Source: Vicugna vicugna (Eukaryota). Taken from it: DNA of 64,000 bases. Positions within the stretch are counted from its first letter, which is position 1. Every line of letters starts with the position of its first letter. The translations under genes were made by a program, and so were the position numbers. The stretch spans positions 806,001 through 870,000 of the forward strand of contig MU058636.1 of the NCBI GenBank assembly GCA_013265495.1, written 5' to 3'. The notes under the pieces are model-generated. The model was not told where the DNA came from and made no database searches. It worked only from the letters and a program-made list of their open reading frames with translations. Shown here one piece after another: positions 11,257-23,599 of the stretch.

Positions 11257-11639
11257 AAAAAATACACATTTAACCTGTAGTAGACCTAAAATTATTGATT
11301 GTCCAAATATGGGTTTTACTTCCTGGGAGCAGATAAAGTACTGTGGGAAGGAGTGAGGAGGAGGGGGGCAGTAGAAGAGGAGATTATATGACAGTCACTT
11401 AGAAATGAAGTTTCTAAGCTACAAATTGATAGTGTTTGAAAGTTTATAAATTGCTTAACAGAACTCAGAACTCATTTCATAAAGGAAACAATAAAAGTAT
11501 ACATGGCAGTTCAGTTTCGGACTAGCCCACAAGGCTTAAGTGGTAACTAACTGAAATTAATTTTTAAATTTTATTTCACCCCCTACTGTCCTTGACCTGC
11601 AGGCTTATCCTTTTCTTTTTTCAGTTCCTGCTTTGATTA

Positions 11640-11800
11640 TATGTGTGACCTTGGGCAAATTACTTAATCTCGGCAGGCCTTAATTTCCTAATCTGTAAAA
11701 TGGGGATAATTTACCTAATTCTTAGAATTAAATGAATTAATACCTTGCATGTAGAAAATATTCAATAGACATTAGGTGCTATTACTATTACATTATTATC
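11640..11800 (+). mobile_element. MIR
   Basis: MIR core tgtgtgaccttgggcaaattacttaatctc...tttcctaatctgtaaaatggggataat. Confidence 0.85.
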
Positions 11801-11803
11801 ACC

Positions 11804-12214
11804 TGTCTTAGGTTAACTCTCCCCTCCTCCCTCTCTAAAAAAGCAGAACCTTAGGCAAGGATTCATGTGAAAATGATTTAGGAAGTGTTCCCAGGAAAAA
11901 CCAGTAAGGGAGTTGGGGAGTGGAACTGGGAAGAAAGGAGCCTGAGTCATGGTTCAATCCCAACTTGGACCTAAATTAAGGGGGACACAGGAGACAGTGC
12001 GGGTCACCCCAGTGTTGTCCCAATCAGAGGCTGTAAAGCTGGTGTATTCATACTTGTGCCCACGGTCATTAAGTTAAGGTGGGGGTGGCTTAATTCCCAG
12101 GCACTTCTGTTTTGCATGTGAAAGGGGTTCCAGTAGCCTGAGGGTGGTAGCTCCATGACGAGAGAAATCTGAAGGGCTGTGGTCAGAGCATTGACTAGTC
12201 AGTCATCTGCTACA
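11804..12214 (-). mobile_element. ERVL solo LTR (LTR33-like)
   Basis: Reads tgtcttaggtt...aagcagaaccttaggcaaggattc...ttcccaggaaaaaccagtaagggag...catctgctaca (TG...CA). Confidence 0.7.
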
Positions 12215-12265
12215 TCGTCATCGTCGTCGTCGGCGTCGGCGTCGGCGTCGGCGTCGTCGTCACCG
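12215..12265. repeat. (TCG)n/(TCGGCG)n microsatellite
   Basis: Triplets read tcg tca tcg tcg tcg tcg gcg tcg gcg tcg gcg tcg gcg tcg tcg tca ccg. Confidence 0.95.
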
Positions 12266-12607
12266 TCTCCCATGAAACACAGTGGCACCTGGTATGAAAG
12301 GCACTGTGGTGGGTTCTGGAGGTCGAAAGAGCTGCAGAACACAGGCCCTGTCCTCCTACACCTTAGAATCCTGCTGAAGAGACAGGATAAACACAAATAA
12401 AGAAGTACATGCTCAGTGCCAAGTAAGTGTAAACAGGGCATTGCTATGGGAGTGTGTCGGCTTCGGGTGGTGGGAAGGTCCCGGCAGTACCTGAGGATCA
12501 TCTCAAAGAGGGGGTAGGGCTTAGTAAGTAAAGAAGCCAAGGGGTTGTGGATGGGGAAGGAGTGGAACGATAAATGTTTTAGGGAGGATCAATACACTTG
12601 TCCTCAT

Positions 12608-12757
12608 ACAGCGGTTCTCAACCTTGAAGTCTCATTAGGAGCTTTAAGAATCCCAGTGTCCAGCTATAGCCCAGATCAATTACATCAACATTGCTGGGCG
12701 GGGGTGGGGGGTGTTCCCCAGGTATTTCCAATGGACGCCAAGGTCAAGAACCACTGT
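12608..12757. mobile_element. MER5-like hAT-Charlie MITE
   Basis: Inverted termini cagcggttctcaacctt ... aaggtcaagaaccactg. Confidence 0.75.
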
Positions 12758-14499
12758 TTATTGGGTGGGGAGCAGCATCAGGGAAACTGGTTAGGAGCTG
12801 ATACAGAAGAACTCAGATTGTGGAAATCCAAGCTGGGTGGAGCTGAGCACTCTAACCTAATTCTAGCATTCCTATTGCAGACTGCCTTAAAGTCTTTTCA
12901 TGAGTCAGGCTACAGTAAATACAGAGCCTGGAATATTAGATGAAGGAGTTTGAACTTTATGCTGTAGGCAATGAAAGGGCATCGGGTCCTTGAAGATTTC
13001 TGAGCAGAATAATGATGTAAGTACAACATTTGCAAATTTAAACAGGATGTAGGGTTTCTGAGCAAGGAGGACAATATCTGATGGAACTTGACCTTGGCTG
13101 GTTGGTGGGGGGGTAGGACTACTAAAGGAGAAAAAGTTCCAGAGGTTCTGGGCATGGAGTTGAGTGGAAACAAGTAACCTGGGGTGTCAAGTATCAGGTG
13201 GTTGCAGAGGTGACCTCACCATGTTTGTGTCTGATAGAAAGAGAGCCATGTGACTCACAGGAGATCCATGTTTGTACAGGAACCAGCCAGAAAAGACGCG
13301 GCTTTTCTGATGATTGTGCCTGAATAACATGGTCAGGCTACCTGGAAGGCAAAACAGATTGGAACGAGAAGCCAGGGTAACACATTAAACCTTGAAAAAA
13401 ACTGAACACGAAACTAAACTGTGTTCCTATAGATGACTTGCTACACTGTTTTGTGGCAAAATATTTTGAATTGAAAACTAAAGTAATATTGTTTAGTCAA
13501 GAAAAAAGGTGTCCAGTAGAGGAAAAGAGGACAAGATTATAGTACTGCATGTCAGTTTAAAGAGGTAAATTTTCTTTAACACTTTACTACTTTTGGAGAG
13601 CAGAATTCATCATCAACCAATGGGAGAGATGTTCAGTTTGGGATGCTCTTATCAGTCACTGTCATGTGAATCCATTAGTTAAGAAAAGGATAAATCTCTT
13701 TTAACCTGTTACACTATCTTTCCCGCTGTCTGTTTTACTTAGTGTGCATTTGACGGGAGGGTTTTGGCCCCATACACAGGTACTAACGAAGCAAGGGAGG
13801 AGGGAAGGTATTTGTTTAACATTATTTTGCAGAAAACTAAATGAAAAACTTCAAGCTTGTGTTATGGTATAAGAGGGGAAATCCTGTCTTCATGTCCCTC
13901 CTGACCTAGGCTAAATGTCATGGTCTGTCATTTTGACCACTCTGCTGCCAATAATCCTCACCTCCCATCTTTCATCTTCTTTTCATCCAACTCAGCTGGC
14001 AGGGCCCTAACTCCGGATGAATCCAACATCTGTCCTTGCCTGGTCTCCACCTGGGCTGTTGAGCACTGGTGATGAAATCTCACAACTGGGCAGATGGATG
14101 TTGGTATTAGGCACGGCTGCACCTGCCAACGGGCCCGACATTGGCTAGATGTCCTCCGATGGCCTCCTGCCAACTCTCTCTCTAATTCTGCCCAAAGATT
14201 GTTTTATACCTGCAGTCTTTTCAGACAGGAAATCATTGCTTTCTCTCCTTCCACCCCCGTCTGCTCATTCACAGCAGGTGAACTTTTCTTTTATTTTGTA
14301 GAGAAAACCAAAGCCATCTGAAAAGGAACCACTTCAGCTTTCGCCGAATCTGCAGATTGATATGTGTCCATCCCGGGATGGACTGAAGACTGTGGCCGGG
14401 ACAGTTTGCACTTCCTACGGTTAAGAGGTGGAGTCCGCTTGCCCACTCTTTGAATCTGGGCTGGTCTCAAGTCTTGCTTTCACTAACAGAATTTTCAGG

Positions 14500-15480
14500 G
14501 ATCTGTTCTGTTCTCACTGGAGTGTACTTTGCAGGTGACCTACCCAATTTGTCCGGCTGGTGATTTCCACATTTTTATCCCCAGTCTTGATCTTTCTTTT
14601 GAGATTTAGGCTCCTGTATCCACCTGCTCACTAGATACGTTCCCTTAGATTTCTGAGACATTGGGTGTGTCCAAAATGGAGCTCTTACTTTTTCCCCTAA
14701 ACGTCCCAACATCCTCAGGCGTCATCTTGATTCCTTCCTTTTTGTTACTTCCCATCCAACTGAGCAGCAAGTCCCCTGTCTGTCTACCTGTCTGTCTGTC
14801 TGCCTCTATTGCCTCCTACGATTCATTTTTTTAAAATTTTTAATCTTTTTTAAAATAAAAAAATTTTGTTGTTGTTCAGGTAGTTTTTTTATTTGTTTAT
14901 TCAGTTCTTTTAATGGAGGTGCTGGGGGTTGGACCCAGGACCCTGTGCTGCTAAGCACATGCTCTGCCCCTGAGCTCCCCCCGCCTCTACAGTCCACTCT
15001 TAACATAGCAGCCAAGATGTGCTTTTCAAAGTGAGGACTGTGGTCACTCCCCTCATTACAACCTGCCAGTTGCCCTAAGATAAAACCCAAGCTCCTCCTG
15101 TGCCCTAAAGGGCTCTGTGTAGTCTTGCCCTGCCCACCTTTTCGTCCTTATCTCACACAAGCCCCTCCCTCACTCATGACGCTCCCTGTCACACAAGCCT
15201 TCTTTCTGCTCCTTGGCTCCCAGCTTGAGGCCTTTGCTGCACTCGCTGTCCATCTGACCCACCCACTTGGACTGCTCTGCTCCCTCCCAGTGGCAGCCTT
15301 TGCTCCTCACCATTCAGGTCTCAGCTTAAGCATCACCTCAGAGTCCTCGTCATCCACCAATCTAAGTAACCTCCTCCCCGGCCCGCTTTCCATCTCATTG
15401 CCCTGCTGTACCTCTTTGTACTACTTAGCACTTTCTTCCACCTCCTGCAAACTCCCCCACCCCTGTCCTCCTCATCCCTC
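14500..15480. mobile_element. L2 fragments (interrupted by a SINE)
   Basis: Contains acatttttatccccagtc...tgtccaaaatggagctc...gtcatcttgattccttcc...tcaggtctcagcttaagcatcacctc, typical of L2. Confidence 0.65.
14821..14985 (-). mobile_element. tRNA-Ala-derived SINE (vic-1-like), GC-shifted copy
   Basis: The minus strand reads gagctcaggggcagagcatgtgcttagcagcacagggtcctgggtccaacccccagcacctcca plus an A-rich tail. It aligns with the other two copies. Confidence 0.85.
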
Positions 15481-17547
15481 CGGATGACAGAGCCCTCATG
15501 GTCCTCTGTGACCCTGCCTCCTGGACACACGTCGCTGGTCCAGGATGGGCCCCTGACCCAGCTGGACCAGAGCCCTTCCTGGGGTTTTTAGAACTGGGAT
15601 TGAGAAACAGAGTCAATTCTTCTCTAATGACAGGCATCTGATAGAAAATTCAGCAACTGTTGGTGGTCATGTGTTCGGTCATGTGGAGCAAATGACTCCA
15701 TAAGAACAAATGACACTCACATGACGAAGGGGAGAAAGAAAGTTCTTTTTGAAAGGGTTTTTTGGTTCTAGCTGTTTCTAAGTTCTAAATTAAATTCTGG
15801 ATGCTTCTAGAGTTAGTTGAGAAACTTTTTGCAACAGTATTTTCTTTGAAAAATGATAAAAGACTGGAGTATTGATTGATCTAACTTGCCATTTTTTGTG
15901 TCTAACACAAAACTCAAATACAGGTGCTTTAATATGTGCTTTTTGAAGATAAAGGTGATGAACATTCCACCTGCAGAATGAAAGATTAGACGCTTAACAT
16001 CAAAAGCAGACTTTGATACTGAGCGAGAAACTGAATTAAAAGTTGTAGACAGTGGTCAGTGCAGAGAAGACATAGAAGGACTTTTACATTAATATATCAC
16101 AAAGCACTAAACTTTTTGCATGCTGTAAAAAGTACATGATCAGAGGCAGGACTGAGGCAAATGCCAAATGTTTCAAAATGACTGCCTCCCCTTTTATTAT
16201 TAAGGTCCATTTCAATCTATAGAAATCAATCCAATGAAACACATCCTAATTAAATATAATTATGCAAACTGTGTGCTGGGCTCTGTCGGGAGACATGGAG
16301 ATGAATAAGTCAGAGATTCAGTTACTAAGGTTTTTATTAAAGGGAAGATTTTTTTCAAGTACCTAAAATATATGACTAAAACACAAGGTAGCTGTGATGT
16401 TTCTATGTGAGTTACAAACAAAGTGCAGTGGTGCCAGGGCTGGCGTACAAGTTGGTGGTAAAGAAAGGTCACATGCAGTTGCAAGAACCAGGAAAGTCTG
16501 CATGACTAAGTTAGGCATTTAAGCTGTACCTTGGAGAATGGGTAGGACCGCAGAGGTCAGAGATGGTATGAGGAAGCATCCAGTTTTTGAGAGCAGGACA
16601 GACAAAGGCATATTTGGTGTGAGTATGATGGACGATGAACAGCTAATGAAGGGCTGGCAGGAAAACAACAGAATGTCTGTCTACTGACATCGCTCTTCAC
16701 AGGAATTGGGAGGTTCACGGCACAGGATGGGATGTTGGGTTTCAGAAATTTTAAGTTTGAGATGTCAGCACAGTATCCTCTTGGGCCGAACAGGGGGCAG
16801 TTGAAATGTGGGGCTCATGTTTGAGAGGCATGTTTAGACTGGAGTTGTTCTCTTTAGAATGTAAAGGAAACCACATTTTATGAAAATTAGCCTGAACGTC
16901 ATTTGCACACGGTTTGGAACGTGGACCAATGAGGGTCACAGACTCTACAGTGTCACTGGAGGTCATCCTGGAGCAAAGAGATGTGTGATCTCAGGATGAC
17001 CTGTGTCAAAAATCAAACTCCGATGGCACCTCTCTGTCCCCGATGTGTTTAATTCATTTAAATAATAGTCTGATCCGTTGACTAGAGGAAACCTTTTCTA
17101 AACACAGATTCCATCCCTCAGAGTTTTGGAAACCAAACCTGTGCCCCAGGGCTTCCCAGCTCCATACTTTGGCTCCTTCTCCTCTTCACAGTGGAGTCTC
17201 CGGCTGCTTCTCTTTCCTTTCCTCCACGCATGGACACAGTCTCCACAGGGCAGACCAGGCTGAAATCCTGGGGACAACAGAATGGAATTACCCACAGAAA
17301 AGAAAACCTAAAGCTGGGATATTAGATACTACTCTCCTAATACAGCAGCCAAGCTCCCCTCTAAGGGGCCCTGGTGGCTCTCTCTTCCTTCGCTCCCCTC
17401 TCCTGATGCTCTGTTAAGGGGCCACAGGCCTGGAGTCCAGACCCCTGATTCTCACCATAGCTTTAGAGAGAAAAGCCAGCCTTTCTCTGACCTTGTCCAA
17501 GGCTGGTTTCCTTTCCTGCCTCATGATAACTAATAGTAAAAACTCCG

Positions 17548-17640
17548 TTAATTAGCTTGACTATAGTAATTATTTCACTATGTACGTATGTATCAAAATA
17601 TCATGCTGTATCTCTAAAATCTATACAGTTTTTATTTAAA
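17548..17640 (+). mobile_element. Short L1MA-like 3' tail
   Basis: Reads gttaattagcttgactatagtaattatttcactatgta...aaaatatcatgctgta and is flanked by aaaactcc on both sides. Confidence 0.65.
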
Positions 17641-17652
17641 AAACTCCACTTG

Positions 17653-17780
17653 GAGGGGAGGGTACTGCTCAGCGGTAGAGTGTGTGCTTAGCATGCACGA
17701 GGTCCTGGGTTCAATCCCAGTACCTCCATTAGAAAAATAAATACATAAATAAACCTAATTACCTACCCCCCAAAATTTTT
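17653..17780 (+). mobile_element. tRNA-Ala-derived SINE (camelid vic-1-like)
   Basis: Reads ggggagggtactgctcagcggtagagtgtgtgcttagcatgcacgaggtcctgggttcaatccc, with A and B boxes and an AGC anticodon loop, followed by a tail. TSD AACTCCACTTG at 17642-17652 and 17781-17791. Confidence 0.9.
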
Positions 17781-19473
17781 AACTCCACTTGTATTAAAAA
17801 AAAAAGACTTCCCTATGAAAGTGGGTTATCTTCAGCCACAGGGTACAGAGAGTCAAAACAGTCGTCAAAGTACATTTTTAGAAGTCTGGGACCTTCAGGG
17901 CTGGAGAATGTCACATACAGGTGGTTTGGGAGATGGGTGGGGGCTGGGGGAAGGGCTAGCCCAGTCCCATACTTTGCAACATTTCCTCTGGACTAGTGGT
18001 TTGGTTTCTCAAGATCTATGAGTCAATACTTGGATGAAAAGATACATCCTTCAAGAAACACAAACTATATGTTTCAGGAAGGGTCTATTCTAAATCCGTA
18101 TTTAGGGGGAAAATTTGAATTCTTTATGCAAAAGAACAGTCCTGCTAGAGAATCACCGAAATTACATCATGGAATGGAAACATAGCATCCCATTCGTGGA
18201 AGCTTGCCTTTCTGGTGCCCTTACTCTGAACTGATGTCTTTTGTATCTCCATTTGGCAAAGAAACAGATTGAGGGGCCGAGGACATACTGCTAATAAGCA
18301 GCACATCAAGATCCAAACCCAGGCCCACCAAACCAGCCAGTGTACTCAAACACTGAATAATATCTGATGTACTCGGTGAAAACAACTTCCTTTAAACCAG
18401 TGGTGAAGTCATTATTTTCTCCAAGGAAATCTGTGTAAGAGCCCTTCTGAGGAGTTTTCATAAAATGGTTTCATACTTATCATTTGGATGTGGATATTTC
18501 TGACCTAAATGTTTTTACTCATTAATTCAACGAGTGTTTACTGTGCACCACCATCGAGCCATGATGCTAGGTGTTATGGAAGATGCAAATATGAACTCCC
18601 ATAGGAATTTATAATCTGGCAAGAGATCAGAAAATAAGAACAGAATTTGATGAATACCACAGGAAAGGTGAGAAAATGTGCTATGGGGGTTAAAAGTGGG
18701 AGAGATTATATGTCCTTTGGGGAGTGGGAGCTTTAGTGGAAATGACAGCAATTGTAAAAAGTAAAATGAATATAAATATAAAATCAAAACATGAAAAACA
18801 GAGGTCTAAATAAGAGGGATAAAACAAAACGAGGGATTATTATCAAGATATCAGGAGTCCTCCACCTGACACCTTTCCTACCTTAAAATTATTACCAGTT
18901 TCCGTGGATTTAGACCCATTGCTGTAATCATGGCTAATAGTTGCTGTTTTTATGAGCTGTGATGCAGGAGACCGTACTCAAAATGATGTCCCCTCTGAGA
19001 GGATGGGACGCGTTCTGATGGTCATCTGGTCACAAGAATGACACTATTTAGGACCAGCGTGGCCTCTCCTAAATGACTCACTTTTAATGATGTTCGCAAC
19101 GTGAGTCAGCACGCCGATATCATCGTGCAGCCCTTATCAGCCTGTGAACGACAAGAATACACCAAGTAATAGTCCTTGGGCAGTTGACAAATACATAGAC
19201 TTTTTCGATAATAATTTAAACCTTTAAACTATGCAGTTCGGAACTGGCACATAATGCGATCCTAATACAAACTACCTCCCTCACACTTGAATTTCTTTCG
19301 TTAAGTTTCTGGCCCAGATCAGACTCTAGCGACATCAAAGCAAAAGAAAAATTTTCCCCCTAAGGGATTGGAACTACTGCCCTCCCCTCGGACTACGGAT
19401 CCCATCCCGCAACGCTCCCACCTTCCCACGTGGGCGTGGAGCCGCAGGGCGGGCGGCCACGGCGGCGGCCAGG

Positions 19474-19492
19474 GCATTCTGGGCATTGTAGT
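19474..19492 (-). promoter_or_regulatory. ZNF143/THAP11-type SBS motif
   Basis: The minus strand reads ACTACAATGCCCAGAATGC, close to the ACTACAnTCCCAnnATGC consensus. A second ACTACnnnTCCCA variant is at 19392-19404 (+). Confidence 0.75.
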
Positions 19493-20113
19493 CTGCGGCC
19501 GCGGCCACCGCCAGGGAGGCCCACGGGGTGCGTCTGGCGGCAGCTCCGGGCCCCGGCCACCACGTCCTGCCCGCGCAGCCCTCGGGGTGCGGGCCCCGGC
19601 GGGGGCGACCGGCCGGCGGGCGCGGCGCGGGCGGGAGGGAGGGCCGAGCCGCCGAGGCTTCGCGACGTTTTTGCGACAGCGCGGCCGGGTTCCGCGAGTC
19701 CCCGCCCTCCGCTCTCTGAGGAGGTACCGGCTGTTGTGCAGCGCTGCCTTTCTGTTTGAGTGCATGGAGAGTGAGTGAGTGAGTGTGAGCGTGTGTGTGA
19801 GAGCGGCGAGGCGCGAGCGCGAGCGCCAGAGGGAGAGCCCGCCGCGCCGCCCCGCCGCTCCCCGCCGCGGGGGCAGAGCGCGCGGCCGGAGCGCCCGGGA
19901 CCGGCGCCCCGGGAGCCCGCGGGGACAAGGGCAGCGACCGCGCTCCCCGCCCCCAGCCCTCGTTCCTCGCTCTCCTGCGCCCGGGGGACCTCCGCGCCGC
20001 CTCCCCGGCCGGCCTCTGCCCCGCCGCCCCCCTGGATGTCCCCGGCGCCCTCGCGGGGCCTCCTCCTGCTCCTGCCGCCGCGGTCGGGCCGGGGCTGCGG
20101 CCGCCGGGCGTAG

Positions 20114-20344
<231 letters not shown>

Positions 20345-23300
20345 TGAGTGTCCGCGGCGGGCCGGGCAGGTAGCCGCGGGGGAGCGGAGCGGCCGCCCGA
20401 GCGCGTCTCCCGCCTGCCGGTCCCCGCCCGGGTCCCCGCAGCCCGGGCTCCGGGCTCCGGGCTCCGGGAGGAAGTGGTGCGCGGGGTCCGAGCCCGCGCC
20501 AGACCCTCGTGCTGTGCCGCTGGGCTCCACTTGCGGGGCTCACGGGGAAAAGGAGCACCTCCTCGGCTGTGGACTTTTCCATGGTTTCGATACTAGGTTT
20601 TTCTGTAAAATTTCGTTAGAAAACATCAGTGTAAATGATTTTGGAGGGGGGTCGATTTATTATGGTAACCTTCTGGGGCTTTCCTCACCCACCTCTGGAG
20701 TGACATCCGTCAGTCTGGAAGGGAAGCTGTGATCCTCCCCTCCTCCCCCAATCAGTCTGTGATTGATTTATGATCCCACCCAATTCGGATTGTATTCGGG
20801 GGAGGGAAAACAGCAAGTCAGTGTGGTTCTGAAGAGTTCCTCATAGTGATCCTCTGCAACGTAAATGTAGCAGTTGCTGTTTAGATACCATTAGCTGCGA
20901 GTTTTACCTAGAACAATGGGGGTTTGGTGAAGGGTGTGTGGTGGGGAAAAAAGCGAATGACAAATTGGGGAATCTTGCTCAGACGATTCCCCCAAAACCT
21001 AGCAGTTGGCAACGAACTTTAAATAGTCGCTTATATTCTTCCCTAGAAATAACTTAATTAAGTCAATGACTGTTAATGCTCCCAATTTAGTTTCCTAAAC
21101 AGGCAAGTGAAGTGTTCATTTTTCCTTTGTCAGTACATGACTGTCTTGTAATACTGACAAAAGAGAAGGCATTTCTTAGTTGAGAAAATGTATTTTATTA
21201 ACTCCCTGTTTTCCTCTTGTAGAACGGATGTTGTCTTTATTGCCTTTGACGCTCTAGAAGGTTTCTGGAAAGATAATGTCAAAGCTTACTACCTAATCTT
21301 TAGACTTTAACATGACCAAAGTAGCTTTACTTGAACACCACAGTTAGTTTGGTTAGCTGCTTTTTAACATTTAAAATAATTGCTCCCCCCTCCCCCAAAT
21401 TAGGTAGAAGTATATGTTCAGAACCGAACTGTATTAGCACTAAGAAAATGAAACCATTCATAAAGTTGAAGTTACCTGGGTTGGGGGCAAGCCGTATTTA
21501 TAAATACCTTAGTATTCTAAATATTGCGAAAGGAAGTGTTTATTTATTCAACATTTTTCTTAGATTTCCTGAGATAGCTTTCTAAATAACTTAAAATGGA
21601 CTCTAAGAGGAAGAAGGTATTAATTCCAGTGAATTTGGAATGTGAATTTCAGTGCTTATACGCAGCAGTAAAGCAGTACAGATATCTGCAAAAGGCAGGG
21701 ATTTGAAAACTCGATACTCTGGGTGCTGCATGTGTTTGAAAGTACTTTTTAGCAGGATGGATAGTCTGGTGACATTTGAGAAATCCGCGTCTAGAGATGC
21801 TGTTGACTCTTGCTGTTTAATTATATTTTTCATTGACGGATTACCCTGTAATAACATATATAGTTTAAAAATTATCCTTGTTAACTTCCCATACAATATT
21901 TTCCAAAAGCCTAAAGCCATTTTCCCATCCCCCAGTATTATATAATTTGAAGGATATTCATAAAATCCCCAATCCCATGAGATCAGACATTGTAGTACAT
22001 TTGACCAGTCTGTCATCTGTTTTATAAAATTCTGGTGACTTTAAATTCTTTAAACTTCTCTGAGAAAAGCCGATTCTGTTTTCATAAATTACCAATTTAA
22101 GCTAATAAAACATGTAAATTGTATTAACTTTGATTTTATATTTTATTAAAAAACTAATTAATACTGCTTACTGGTAAGAGGTTCTTTTGACCACATTTTA
22201 TATCTCATGGTCAAGTCTTAATTTAGGCTAAGAATAATTTTAGAAGAATTACCCAATTTAAAGATAGCTGAATGTATAGTATATAGTACATGAACATTTT
22301 TTAGTCATTCTTGATAGAAAGTAGCATTGCATTTTGAAAAAATTAACTTTTTGTTTATAATTCTTTGGGCTTGTTTTTCAGCAGCCTTTAATGATTTTGT
22401 TTATAGGAAGAACTTCTCTTTTTTTAATGGATCAAATGTCAAGAGAGTTTTAAAATTACTTAAAACAGTGTTTGTGTTCCAGAGGGAATATTTTTCGGTT
22501 TGGCTTCCTATAACCTCACTCTGCTAAAATGCAGCATTGTATTTATGAGCTTCTTTTGATCTCATGTCAGTGAAATGTAATTTAATGCATTTCAGTCCTG
22601 GTAAAATAAAATTTGTGGCTGTTTAATCTTTTATAAAAAGATGATGATCAAATAATTTGTTTCTAGTATTGATTTACTTTCAAATTAAATTATATATTCT
22701 GCAACTGAAATTTTGGAGTACTCTAGTAACCCAGAAAGTAACACCTTCAAAGAGAATACTGAGATTTATAAAAAAAAATGAAATAAATTTTGTTGTGATG
22801 TGTTTGGCTGTTAAAATGAATATATGAAAATGTATCCTTTCCGTTGTCCAGCAAGCATCATAGACATGAATGATTAGTGAAAAAATTTAGACTAGAGGTC
22901 TTAGCTTCTTAAATTATTGTTTTAGGAAATAAAACAGCTCAAAGGTCATTTCTTTGATTTTAAGAATTAGTAATACTATCCTGCTAGTACACCACACTTT
23001 TGATAAACTCCGTGTTTCAAAGAATAGGGGACGGGAAATACTTTATTTGAGGCTTGATTATATACCTGGAAAAGGGACCTTTTATAATTATGTTAATTTC
23101 AGATTCTAATAGAGTTAAAGCATAAATGCACAATAAATCTTGGAAATAATTCGCTCTCACTGTCACCATAAATGAGATAGAGAGTGTCCTTTGTGTCTGA
23201 ACACCGAAAGGGTGCTCAGTGGGAAGCAGGGGATTCATTTTCTTTCTGAGTCAGTTGCATTTCCTCTTTGCAGAATTCAGGCAACCAAAAACTCCTCGTT

Positions 23301-23599
23301 TGGAAGAACAGAAAAGTGTGAGAAGACAGAAAACAGTTTGCATTTTAAAATTCTAAATTCTCATTATTGGACTGGACCTTGTAGAATTTAAAAATTAATT
23401 TGGGGGAAGAGTTTGATCTCCAAAACAGAAAAGCAAAGAGTTTTTTTCTTGAATAGGATTCTTGGTCGGCTGTGCTGTATGTTCAAAAGAACAGATACTA
23501 TGTAACTGGGAGTGTGTGTGTATGTGTGTGTAAGAGAGTGAGAGAAATACACAGAATACTTTTGTTGGGGCATTTTTATAAACAACCCAGAGATTAGTA

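Noticed and set aside
12179..12540. Poly-Ser/Ala and poly-Asp/Ala ORFs
   Set aside because: These are translations of the TCG/GCG microsatellite with no gene context.
17655..17730. tRNA-Ala(AGC) gene
   Set aside because: It has an A-rich tail, a shared 3' extension, an 11-bp TSD and two sibling copies in the window, so it is a SINE.
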